Part shown: positions 52,501-64,000 of the stretch, piece after piece | Layout: the number at the start of each line of letters is the position of its first letter | Position numbering within the stretch: the stretch's first letter is position 1 | DNA from: Malacoraja senta | Taxonomy: Eukaryota | Reading direction: 5' to 3' | Length of the DNA: 64,000 nucleotides | Assembly: GCA_038087875.1 (NCBI GenBank) | Contig: CM075990.1 | Location: 9,424,001-9,488,000 of the forward strand | Notes under the pieces: generated by a model | The model's input: the letters and a program-made list of their open reading frames with translations, nothing else | Told to the model about the DNA's origin: nothing | Databases searched by the model: none | Made by a program: the position numbers and the translations under genes

Positions 52501-53169
52501 ACGTGTTCTACATTCCCTCTATCATTCAGCAAACTCATCCCTCATCTCCGTTGCCTACCTATTCATAAAAGGGATAAGCTGAAAGTCCTTCTTTACCCTC
52601 CCTATTTTCCCACATTACGTTCTATAGATGCCAATTACTCCTTTATTAAACTACTGGTTGTACTTGAATTTCAGAGGTTATCGAAACCCATACCATTGCC
52701 ATTGCCCAATCTGCATTTTTCCTCATTAACAATAACTACACCATTCCTACTTCCTTTCCACCCCCTACCTCACTGACCATTATCATCGCCTCTATTTCTT
52801 TTTCTCTTCCCATTTGCCTCCATCTCCACTTATCATTCCAACTTCTAATTTTTCTGACCCCAACTTGTCTTGAAGAATTCAGATCAGTTTTAATTACCAA
52901 TGCAAACATTAAAGAAAATAAATGAATTATCTGTAAAATGATGCACAACCCTTTTCATATTCTATACAAATGTTCATGAATCAATGTAGACGACTAGTTA
53001 CCAAACATCTTTTCCTAGCATAAACAAAGGTTACAAAGGTTACAATTACAGTGGTGTTACATTCAGGCATGTTAAAATCCTACTAAAAGTCGTGTAGTAC
53101 AGAAGCAATAGCTGGTTAATTGTACATTCACTACCTAGATCAAGAAATACCAACATTTCAAATTCTAAA

Positions 53170-53285
53170 AATGTTTTAGAGGGATATGGGCCAAAGACGG
53201 GCAGGTAGGACTAGCGTAGATGGGGCTTATGGTCAGCATGGACAAGTTGGGCCAAAGGGCCTGTTTCCATGCTATATGACTCTCT
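53170..53285 (+). mobile_element. CR1 3' end fragment
   Basis: gagggatatgggcca..gggcctgtttccatgct. Confidence 0.75.
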
Positions 53286-55034
53286 CAATGGATATGGGCA
53301 TATAGAGTCCATTACACACAAAATTATGAATGCAGATTTATCAGAAACAGTGGAAATTCAACTGTATGGCTTTTTTTTTAATGTAACCTACTTTGACAAA
53401 ATGCCAATTTGGAATCCAGCTGATCAGAATTTTGACACAGCTTTTAAAATGCCCTCTAGGTTTTTAGTTCTTGCTTCCAATACAGATATGCCAAGTGACT
53501 TTGCAAATTAGTCTATTCATAAATAAATGTGATCTTCAATCAATTTGATGACATTCATGAGTGTCCTGGCAGCATCTTGGAAACAGTTTAGATGCACAAT
53601 AAATCAAACTATGCTTAATGTTTAATCATCACATAAATACGTCTTAAAAAAATGATCACACCGTTGCTTATACAAAATTATGGTGATGCTACCAATATCC
53701 ATTTCCAAACTTATTTATCTGTAATCTATTCTCTCACACATGCTCATTAACACTCTCTGGTTCTCCCGTGGCCCACGCACACGCGGTTTAATTTACAGCA
53801 GCCGACCAAACTTCCAATTAGCCGGCCTTTGGGATGTGAGAGAAAACTAAAGCATCCAGGAGAAACATACATGGCTGTAGAAAGTGAAGCCAAGTTTACG
53901 TTGTGATGTAGAGCCTCTGACCTAAAAAGTTAAGTCTGTTTCTCTATTCATAAATGTGGCTTCATCTGCTCAGAGTAGAATAGTGAAGACAAGATTTGTC
54001 AAACTAAGAATGCGACGGTTAATCAAATTAACAGGAAATTGGAAGCAGATCATGTTTGTGGTGTTAACAGAAGGAAGAGAAATGTTGTAGATGGAGCAAC
54101 AAAAGATAGAGTAATGTATACATTGGTAGCACAGGTGATATCTTTGGGATGTAGTTTTTAGTTCAGTGTGTGTGTAGAAAAGAGCATCAACACAATTAGC
54201 AGTGTATTGGAAATAGAAGAGGTAGAAGTGACCTGAATAGGGATGTACCATACAGGGATTGCACATAAAAGCCAAAAGTAATCCATCTGGAAACACAAAA
54301 TTAAAAACAGTTAAAGTCGTGGAGGGCTTCAGAAAACCAAATTATGTAGATGGAAAGAGAAAGGATATGGAGCCAAATGACAGAGTAGAAAAATGATTAG
54401 TTCTGTGGGACATGAACAGGCTGAAATAATAAGTCTCCCAGAAAAGTCCTGCTTCTAGATCTCAGGAGGATGTTAAAGGAGAGGGGGGGGGGGTTGGCAA
54501 GGGGGCGTGAGAAGCTGGTATCAGGCGAGGAGAATGTAGGGGAGGAAGATCTACAGACAAAATAAGATCAGACAATGGCCTGATACTCTATAACGAAATC
54601 ATGGTCCAGTGAAATACATCAAGAGGTTTAAGTAATTTGACCTTCAGCCTCTGCAAGATAGAGATTGATATGCCTGTAACGACTGCACTACTCATCAACT
54701 GGCTTAATAACAACATTAGTAAGCTCTTGGTGAGCTGTGTGCTTTAAGTTCAAAATTTCAGAAGATGACAAGTGTTTAAATGGAATGTAAAATGTGTGCA
54801 ATCAATGGCACACCAGTATCATAAAACACCTGATTAAAGACATAGGAAGAAGAACCGGTGGACTAATGGTACAGAAGATGGAAAAAAAAAGTGAAGACAT
54901 CTGACTGAAGGAATGGATATAAAGGTGGTGAAAGAACTCGGCATTAAGACATGGTCGAAATTCACTGAAATGGGAACGTAAAGGGGTAAAATCTGAGGCA
55001 TCTGCTGATACTCATGTTAAACTTAAAGGAGAAA

Positions 55035-55125
55035 GACTGAAGAAGGGTCTCAACCCGAAACGCCGCCCATTCCTTCTCTCCAGAGATACTGCCTGAGTTA
55101 CTCGAGCATTTAGTGTCTATCTTCA
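55035..55125 (+). mobile_element. Penelope terminal-repeat fragment
   Basis: ctgaagaagggtctcaacccgaaacgcc followed by the family 3' block. Confidence 0.7.
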
Positions 55126-56874
55126 GGAGGGATACCACAGGTTCATTACAATTATACCATTGTATTATGTCAGGTGTCACAAACATGGATGTTATTTCTT
55201 TAAGCTTAAAAGGTTGAAAGCTAATCTCATGGAGAGATTTAAATGGATGAAGAAATTATATGTTCCTTTGTCAAAATCTTTAAATTAGAGTTATGCCACT
55301 TTCACGTGGAATTAAGAAGTACCTTTTTCACATAAAAGACAATGGAAATAGGTTGGGACAAATCAGTTGAAAAATTTAAAAATATGATAGGTAAATTTAT
55401 CTCACAACTGCAACATTAACTTTTCTCTCTCCAAAAATCTTTATTGACCATTTTCAGCATTTCCCACAGCAGTATTTTACTTTTATAGATATGTATACGT
55501 ATATAACATAATACATGTTAGATAAGGTTATCGAAGTTATGGAATTATGCCAGAAGTTGAAGCACAGTTCAGTTCTGTAAATCTTTTCAGGACTTCCCTT
55601 CGGATCAAAGATGGCTTGCCTCCTCTCCTGTCTGGGTTTTGTGGGTTCTGATGAGGCCCACACAGGAACTGCAGATGGAGCAGTCGGTGCCTGTCAGTGA
55701 AAACTGATGGGTGATTAGTGAGGTTGTGTGCTGTTTCCAATATTTACACAGAGCCTTTGTGCAGTATGAACATGAGGTTCTCGCTGCTATCCTGAATGTT
55801 GCTCCTCTATTGCGAGTGGTAATGGAGCAGGGGTTCTCATGAATCAGAGGGGATGTTACTGTCCCACTCTCACCTTTCAGGAGGACTTGAGAACATAACA
55901 AATCAACAACTACTGCTGCCTACTAGATCATGTTTTGAGCCAGGTTTGAAGTCTTAAGCTCAAATCCTTTTACTCAGTAAGAACTGTAAAAAGTATATTC
56001 CCAACTAAATAAAGCTGGCATGGAGTTAAATCCAAATGTATAGTTCCTAGAATTAAAGAGGACCAAAAGTACTCACCAAATGTTAAGAATTTTGATTAAA
56101 AAAGGAAACAATTGCTAATTCTCAACACTGTAAATACTGATCAGTATACTCTCATTTATTATTATTCCAAGACGGTGCCCCATTGCAGAATAGCACAATT
56201 TACTGTAACCCATCAAAATATAAGAAAGTAAGTTGCACTAATATTCATTAATATACCACTATTACCATAACTTTATAGTCCACACTCAACATGACTCAAT
56301 TTGATTTGAAGAAAGTTACATTTCATAGTCAGTTCGCACATGAATTTTCGAACAATGCAAATTCCATGTGTTCTAGAGCAAACTGAGCTGCATTAGCATA
56401 ATGTGCTTTTTGAAACATATTCACCAAACACGTACTTTGTTTTTAAACTGCAATTTTATTCCTTTTTTTTTAAGTTCTTCTCGTACAGTAGACACGGCTT
56501 ACTTAATAACTAGCGTTTTCTCAGAGCCTTTTACATAACAACTGATGCAATTCAAGAGGCTGACCCAGCATCACCTTCGCAAAGGCAATGAAGTATGGAC
56601 TTTTCCAGTAACACCCATATCCCATAAAGCTCGAAAACAAAATATCCTGAAACAGATAAGAATATTATGACACCAAGTCACAAACTGCTATATTACAACA
56701 GATGACAAACAAACCAAGGAGAATCTTAAAAGAGAGGCTAAGAGCTGGGGAAGAATAAGGAAGGAATTCCAGTCTTTTGAGCTGTTAGCTTAAAGCATGC
56801 CCATCCGCTGCAGAGTGAATAAAATCAGAGTTGGTGGAGAAGGCAAAGTAATCCCAAAAGCCTCCATTTTAATC

Positions 56875-58090
56875 CACAATTTAAGAGGGAGAAGGGAAAA
56901 TCGGAAGTGTCAGTATTACAGTTGAACGGGACTATGGAGCCATGAGGGAGGAGCTGGCCAAAGTTGACTGGAAAGATACCCTAGCAACGATGACAGTGGA
57001 ACAACAGTGGCAGGTATTTCTGGGAATAATACAGAAGGTGCAGGATCAGTTCATTCCAAAGAGGAAGAAAGATTCCAAGGGAAGTAAGGGGCGACTGTGG
57101 CTGACAAGGGAAGTCAGGGACAGTATAAAAATAAAAGAGAAGAAGAACATAGCAAAGATGAGTAGGAAGCCAGAGGATTGGGTAACTTTTAAAGAGCAAC
57201 AGAAGATACCTAGAAAGCCAATATGGGGAGAAAAGATGAGGTACGAAGGTAAGCTAGCCAAGAATATAAAGGAGGATAGTAAAAGCTTCTTTAGGTATGT
57301 GAAGAGGAAAAAATGAGTTAAGACCAAAGATGGACCCTTAAAGACTGAAAAAGTGAATTTATTATGGGGAACAAGGAAATGGCAGACGAGCTGAACAGGT
57401 ACTTTGGATCTGTCTTCACTAAGGAAGACACAAACAATCCCCCTGATGTACTAGTGGCCAGAGGATCTAGGGTGACGGAGGAACTGAAGGAAATTCACAT
57501 TAGGCAGGAAATGGTGTTGGGCAGACTGATGGGACTGAAGGCTGATAAATCCCCAGGGCCTGTTGGTCTGCATCCCAGGGTACTTAAGAAAGTATCTCTA
57601 GAAATTGTGGATGCATTGGTGATCATTTTCCAATGTTTTATAGATTCAGGATCAGTTCCTGTGGGTTGGAGGGTAGCTAATGTTATCCCACTTTTTAAGA
57701 ACGGCAGGAGAGAGAACACAGGGAATTATAGACCAGTTAGCCTGACATCGGTGGTGGGGAAGATGCTGGAGTCAATTATAAAAGATGAAATAGCAGCACA
57801 TTTGGATAGCAGTAGCAGGATCAGGATGAGTCAGCATGGATTTACGAAGGGGAAATCATGCATGACTAATCTTCTGGAATTCTTTGAGGATGTAACTAGG
57901 AAAATGGACAAGGGAGAGCCAGTGGATGTAGTGTACCTGGACTTTCAGAAAGCATTTGATAGGGTCCCACATAGGAGACTGGTGGGCAAAATTAGAGCAC
58001 ATGGTATTGAGGGTAGGGTACTGACATGGATAGTAAATTGGTTGGCAGACAGGAAACAAAGAGCAGGGATAAATGGGTCCCTTTCAAAAT
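56875..58090 (+). mobile_element. CR1 ORF2 internal fragment (tether and RT N-terminus), 3'-truncated
   Basis: SKSFFRYV, KSPGP.GLHPRVLK, NYRPVSLTS, QHGF and VYLDFQKAFD motifs. Confidence 0.93.
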
Positions 58091-58094
58091 GGGG

Positions 58095-58355
58095 AAAAGG
58101 CAAGAGAATGGGATTGAGAGGGAAGTTTGCACATTCTCCCTGTGACAGCATGCATTTCCTCCAGGTGCTCCAGTTTCTTCCTACATCCCAAAGACGTGCG
58201 GATTGGTAGGTTAACTGGCCACTGTAAATTGTCCGGTCAGTGACAGTAGAGGAGATGATGGGAATGAAGGGAGAATAAAATAGGATTAGTATAAGATCAG
58301 CATAAATGGGTGATCAGGGTAGAGTTGGTGGGCCAAAGTTTCCATGCTGTACAAT
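58095..58355 (+). mobile_element. HE1-like SINE fragment
   Basis: gtttgcacattctccctgtgac..catcccaaagacgtg. Confidence 0.7.
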
Positions 58356-58683
58356 ATATGATTAGTTATCATTGTTTAGTCATTTCAACATTTGGTCACA
58401 AATCGGAACTTTCCTTCTTCCAGAATCCTCCACCATAACAATTAAAGAAGAACATAATGGATTCAATTAGCTCTTTTTAAGGTCACTGCACAGCATGTAT
58501 TGAACCCACTGTAGGATTCAAATAGCTATAATAAAGTATGCAGCTAGGACACTTAAAAGATATCTAGTTCCAGCTCTCTTCACATTGTTATTATGACAGC
58601 ACTGCAAGGTCATATAATTAAACCAGAAATGCACTTTGCAACTCCTCACTACTGCTATGAATTCAAATGATTTTAATAGATTT

Positions 58684-58932
58684 TAAGTGGTGAATGGTGA
58701 ATCTCTGGAACTCTCTGCCACAGAAGGTAGTTGAGGCCAGTTCATTGGCTATATTTAAGAGGGAGTTAGATGTGGCCCTTGTGGCTAAAGGGATCAGGGG
58801 GTATGGAGAGAAGGCAGGTACAGGATACTGAGTTGGATGATCAGCCATGATCATATTGAATGGCGGTGCAGGCTCGAAGGGCCGGATGGCCTACTCCTGC
58901 ACCTATTTTCTATGTTTCTATGTTTCTATGTT
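58684..58932 (+). mobile_element. CR1 3' end
   Basis: gtgaatctctggaactctctgccacagaagg; (ttctatgt)3 tail. Confidence 0.9.
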
Positions 58933-59107
58933 TAGCAGTTCAAGTAAAGTCTGAGTGCTTAGCTGACTACAAGCCTGTATTTTATTTTATTTTTGGACAG
59001 GGAAAGTGTTGGATATTCTCCATAATCTTCTGTTTAAGCAATCAGGTGCTTTTTGCATGCTTCATCAAAGACAACATTCTTTCCGTTTTCTGGAAGTTCC
59101 TTCCAGT

Positions 59108-59319
59108 TTTATTTAGCGAATGCAAAGTCCTTTAGCCAAGCAGTTGCCTCTTGATCTGCTGTGTGAAGGGTGACAAGTCCTCCTTTAAGTCTTTTTTGAG
59201 GGCATGCTTCAATGATGTGTTGCATTGTTTGCTGCTCTCCACAAGCACACCGTGGGGTTGGGCTGCTGCCCCATTTGTGAAGGCTGGCCAAGCAGGGGCC
59301 ATGTCCAGTCCTGAATCTA
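59108..59319 (-). mobile_element. Very short 5'-truncated RTE-X-like LINE end
   Basis: LHKWG...CACGEQQTMQHIIEAC (C-terminal CCHC knuckle); 11-bp TSD ttccttccagt at 59097-59107 and 59320-59330. Confidence 0.75.
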
Positions 59320-59927
59320 TTCCTTCCAGTATTATTGCAAAATATAGTTTTGTTTAATGCTTCAATCAGTGTTTAACCTGGTTGACATCACTAAATCTAA
59401 GCCAATAATAAATCAAAATTAGTCTGTGATTATAAAGCATGTTGATACATTCCCAAGGCTGCAAAAGGCTTTCAGCGTGTCTCATCTTGAACTATTCTCT
59501 AATGTTTGGGCAGTATTGCTATGTGTGATGGAGGTTGGCTGGTCCAAAAAAGGCACTCTGAAATATGCAAGATCTCCAAAAACATTCTTCAGAGGGTATT
59601 AATTTTCAGAAAGAGATATGTATCAGCTTTAAAGATCTAGTCAAAAAGATCTCAACGAGACACTGCTCTGCATTTTGTTGATGCAGATCAAAGTGAGCCA
59701 GAATGGAAGGAATGTGTGTTCGGGAAGATGGACGAGCTGTAATCAACGGTAAACAATGATGATCATGATCATTCATGTAGAATAGAAGCACTGAATATCA
59801 TGCAGGGCTCGAAATTAGCGGTTGCCCGGGTGCCAATGGCAACTTACAGTCCCACCGGGCAACCTAAAAGCCATGCCATTTTGCCCGGCTTGGCAAGCAA
59901 CCGGGACACCCGCCCGCCATCCGTGTC

Positions 59928-60115
59928 CGGGTCTCGGCTCTCGGCTCGGCGCTAGCTCTTGGCTCGGCGCTAGGCTCTCGGCTCAGCTCTCGGGTCTCCG
60001 CTCAGCTCTCGGGTCTCCGCTCGGCTCTCGGGTCTCCGCTCGGCTCTCGGGTCTCCGCTCGGCTCTCGGGTCTTGGGTCTCCGCTCGGCTCTCAGCTCTC
60101 GGGTCTCCGCTCGGC
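59928..60115. repeat. GC-rich minisatellite, unit about 19 bp (GGGTCTCCGCTCGGCTCTC)
   Basis: Directly visible tandem copies. Confidence 0.92.
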
Positions 60116-61214
60116 ACGGCCGGCCGCCAAGCACATCATCTTCCGTGGTTGTGCACATGTGCAGCCCTGCACATGCGCACTGCCATGGCAACTGGTCGGC
60201 GTCGGCCACTTTCTCCCACCCTTTGCATTGTGGGAGTTCTGGACGCCATTGCTGTCAGGTCGCTGCCTCACCTGGAGTAACTCTTGCTTCTTGGTTTCCA
60301 GGTCCTCCAAAAATATTCGAAATGGAATTTAAACTGGTGGACCTACCACCACCAAACTCCAAACTCTGAAAAATAACAGCCTATTGCATTTTATCTGTTT
60401 ATTTATTGTGTATATATATGGTCTATAGTATATAGACAAACTTTTATCGCCTGTTCTGTATTATGTTTACATATTCTGTTGTGCTGCAGCAAGCAAGAAT
60501 TTCATTGCCCTATCTGGGACACATGACAATAAAACTCTTGACTTGGACTTAAGCAAAAAAGGGTTCTTGGGGGAAAAAAAGCTACCTTAAATTTAGTTGC
60601 GTCTGGTTGGTACTTATGGTAGGGTGAAGACTATTCCATGTTTTAATTGTGTGGGGGAACTCCATGGAGCAGCCAGCATCTCTGGATAGAAAAAAATGGG
60701 TGACGTTTAGGGTAGAAACCCTTCTTTACATTCTCTCTAGTTTTAGTGTTTTTAGTTTAATTTAAAGATACAGTGTGGAAACAGGCCCTTCGGCCCACCG
60801 AGTCCACGCCGACCACCGATCACCCATACTCTAGTTCTATCCCACACATCAGCAACGTAAGTCAAGAGTGTTTTATTCTCTTACGTCCCAGTTAGAACAA
60901 TGAAATCCTTACTTGCAGCAGCACAACAGAATATGTAAACATAGTACTTTGTAAGCAATGTTATAAACGAGAAAACAAAACTCCATACAGACAGCACCCA
61001 TATTCAGGATCAATTCTGGGTCTCTGACAATTTTAGGCAGCAAATTTATGGCCAATGTACTGCCCCAATAGCCTTGAACTGAATTAAAACATACAGTAGC
61101 TGTAAAGGGGGACATAGCGTCACTTAGAGATTTAAGACTGAAAATGGATAGTTTCTTTTTTTTTAATAACCAAAGTTATCAACGTATAATTTTTTGTGTG
61201 TTGGAAAATAAAAT

Positions 61215-62190
61215 ATAGTGGCACAGCTGGTGGACTTGCTGCCTCACACGCCAGAGATCTGTGTTCGATCCTGTTCTTAGGCACTGTCTGTGTTGAATTT
61301 GCACATTCTCCCTGCAAGCATGTGGGTTTCCTCTGCAACTTTCAACTGCAACTTTATTTATATAGCACATTTCATACACGAGGCAGACTCAAAGTGCTTC
61401 ACATAAAAACATGTCATACAATAAAATGAAATAATAAAATGAAATAAAATAGAAGAATTAAAAGAAAATAAAAGCAAAGTTAAAAATGCATTATAGAAAA
61501 GTGCAAAAGTTAAAAGTGCAATGTAGTTAAGATTTAGCTGAAAGCTAAAGTAAACATAAAAGTTTTCAGTCTTGTTTTAAAAGTGGTGAAAGTAGGGGCA
61601 AGTCTTAAATCTTCAGGAAGTTTATTCCAGCTATTTGTTGCATAGTAACTAAATCCTGCTTTCCCATGTTTTGTATTTACTCTGGGAATCACTAACAGAT
61701 TGGTCTCAGAAGATCTTAGTGGTCTAGAAAGCTTATATAGTGGAAGCATGTCAGTGATATACTTTGGCCCTAAACCATGTAGTGATTTATAGGTGAGCAG
61801 CAGGATTTTGAAATCAATTCTCTGACATACAGGGAGCCAATGTAAGGATTTAAGAATTGGTGTAATGTGTTCAGATTTTTTGGTCTTTGTTAGAACTCTT
61901 GCTACGTTTTTGAGGTGATAGTAGGCCGATTTTGTTACTGATTTGATGTGACTGTCGAAATGTAAATCTGAATCCATAATAACCCCGAGATTTCTGGCTT
62001 TGTTTGAAGTTTTCAGGGACAGAGAGTGAAGGTGTTGGGTTACTTTAAGCCTTTCTTTTTTAGCACCAAAAACAATTTCCTCCCACATCCCAAAGACGCA
62101 TTGGCTTTGTAGGTTAACTTGTCTCTGTAAAATTGCCCCTAATGTGCAGGGAGTGGGTGAGGAAAGTGGGATAACAGAACTTGTGTGAAT
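61215..62190 (+). mobile_element. HE1-like SINE split by an L2 insertion
   Basis: Head at 61215-61335; resumes at about 62076 with tttcctcccacatcccaaagacg. Confidence 0.75.
61336..62078 (-). mobile_element. L2-clade LINE 3' fragment
   Basis: ARNLGVIMDSDL, HITPILKSLHWLPV.QRIDFKILL and FKTRLKT motifs; tail gtgctatataaataaagttg. Confidence 0.92.
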
Positions 62191-62640
62191 GGGTAGACAA
62201 AAATGCTGGAGAACTCAGCAGGTGAGGCAGCATCTATGGAGCAAAGGAAATAGGCGACGTTTCGGAGTGAGACCCTTCTTCAGACTGATGTCGGGAGGGG
62301 TGGGGGGTGGGAAAAAGAAAGGAAGAGGCGGAGACAGTAGGCTGTGGGACAGCTGGGAATGGGAGGGGAGGGAGGGAGAAAGAAAGGACTACCTGAAATT
62401 GGAGAAGCCAATGTTCATACCGCTGGGGTGTAAACTACCCAAGCAAAATATGAGGTGCTGTTCCTCCAATTTGCAGTGGGCCTCACTCTGGCCATGGAGG
62501 AGGCCCAGGACAGAAAGGTCGGATTCGGAATGGGAGGGGGAGTTGAAGTGCTGAGCCACCGGGAGATCAGGTTGGTTATTGCGAACTGAGTGGAGGTGTT
62601 GTGCGAAGGGATCGCCAAGCCTGCGCTTGGTCTCACCGAG
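62191..62640 (-). mobile_element. Penelope-like element 3' fragment (GIY-YIG end and terminal repeat)
   Basis: GETKRRLGD...PVAQHFNS...LEEQHLIFCLG. Confidence 0.9.
62256..62283 (-). ncRNA. Putative minimal hammerhead ribozyme core with a GUC cleavage triplet
   Basis: Minus strand reads CUGAAGA-A-GGG ucucac UCC-GAAAC-GUC. Confidence 0.6.
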
Positions 62641-64000
62641 GTTGATCATACGCTGAATAACCATATTTTTGTTTGGAAGTGGAAAGAGATAATAGAAATT
62701 GCATTCATTGCAACGTGTAAAAAGAGTTGAGATACTGTATTGTAATTTTGCTGCATGTCATTGTGGTATCTATCATGTCTTGATTGGTGAATATGTTTAG
62801 TTTGTGACTTTATTTGAAGCAGAAATAATATGTGAATGCTTCATTGACCATAATTCCGACTGGTAACTACGCACTTCGTCCGAGCACATTATCGCACGTG
62901 TCATGCAAGCCGTCTTAAATGACCACCTAAACTGTCATTTGGCAACCTAAAAAGCTGCAGAGGTTGCCCGGCTGGCAACAGGGAAAAAAAGTTAAGCAAG
63001 AGCCCTGTCATGCGTAGATGGTTAAACTCCGTTTAGCTGAAAATGGTCATTACCTTGCACTTGTGTGGTGCAAATGTTACTTCCAACTGATCAGCCTACA
63101 TCTGCATGTGGTCTTGGGCTTAATGTTTACATACACAAACATCATCATCTTCAAATGCAAGCACTGTGCAATCAGCGAACATCCCATTTCTAACTTTATG
63201 AAGGTCAGTCGTTGATAAAGCAGCTCAAAATGATTGAGGCTTGGATTCCAGAAGCAGTGTCCTAGGACTACAACTGGCAACAATGACTCCTTACCCACTG
63301 GAATCTTCCAAACCTCAATTTCGACCAATTTACAATTCCCCAGGGTTTCCTGAAGCCACACTTCACCAATTTCAGAAGAGTCGAGGCACTCTCATCATTG
63401 AGACTAGTACGGACTGAAATCCAGGCAAAAAAGGTTGGCCCAAAAATTTTAACTAGGAGTTAAAATGGAGACGGAGACTGATGGATTTTGCTTGGTTATT
63501 AAGAAATATGGATCAAAATGAATAAACTTCATTGAGCGGCATAAACTGGATTTAAAGTCAGCCATGATCTAAATAAATGGTGAAATGGGTTTTAAAAACT
63601 TTACCCTTGTTCCTATTCACTGGGAATCATTGCACAATAAAGTGATAACCTGCTCATCTGAAATGCAATTTCAAAGTGGATATTATGGTACAAAATTGAG
63701 AGATTTTATGTCATCATAAACCCAGATATTTTCAATACCATACAGTTCCAAACATAACATTGAATTTTATTTGACGTCATAGATGCCAATTGGTTGAAGC
63801 ACATTAAAGTTTCAGTGCATGGTGCCACAAACGGATGTGGGTTTACACATGCGATCATGAGCCTTGGCTGGGTTGGAACCTCAGGATTGCAGCTATGAGA
63901 TGAAAAGCACACTTAAATCTGAAGAGTACATAAATGTGAAATCATTACTTTTTCATGCTATCAAGCTTCTAGTTTGAGAGCAAGATTGGAGAAGCAATAG

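Larger units (their letters stand above)
59803..63007. mobile_element. Composite non-autonomous DNA transposon with a 5-bp TSD (hAT5-like)
   Basis: Termini CAGGGCTC / GAGCCCTG; TCATG at 59798-59802 and 63008-63012; ggttgcccgg and ggcaacctaaaa motifs at both ends. Confidence 0.75.

Noticed and set aside
55580-55930. ctgatgaggccc at about 55648 as a hammerhead core, or an RTE-like remnant
   Set aside because: No correctly placed GAAA box; too degraded to classify
59928-60115. Regular repeats resembling a CRISPR array
   Set aside because: No unique spacers, no cas genes and a eukaryotic context; it is a minisatellite

Overview
This is eukaryotic, repeat-rich vertebrate DNA. The mix of CR1, HE1-like SINE, Penelope and Rex repeats suggests a cartilaginous fish, probably a skate or ray (inference). 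The only host gene I can support is CCSER2 (FAM190B) on the minus strand. Its large first coding exon is 34547-36035 (ATG at 35996) and the next exon is 31088-31298; as given, that second exon has two apparent 1-nt insertions that break the frame. The rest of the window is probably CCSER2 intron, densely filled with nested transposons: CR1, L2, Rex, RTE-X and Penelope retroelements, a full-length IR/DR Tc1, three PIF/Harbinger derivatives, a non-autonomous Helitron, and three TIR elements with 5-7 bp target duplications. The most notable signal is a family of short Penelope-terminal-repeat insertions carrying a minimal hammerhead-ribozyme core (CUGANGA...GAAAC-GUH). Several have their own target-site duplications, and one is a head-to-head palindromic dimer. 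All family assignments come from recognising motifs by eye; no database searches were run.
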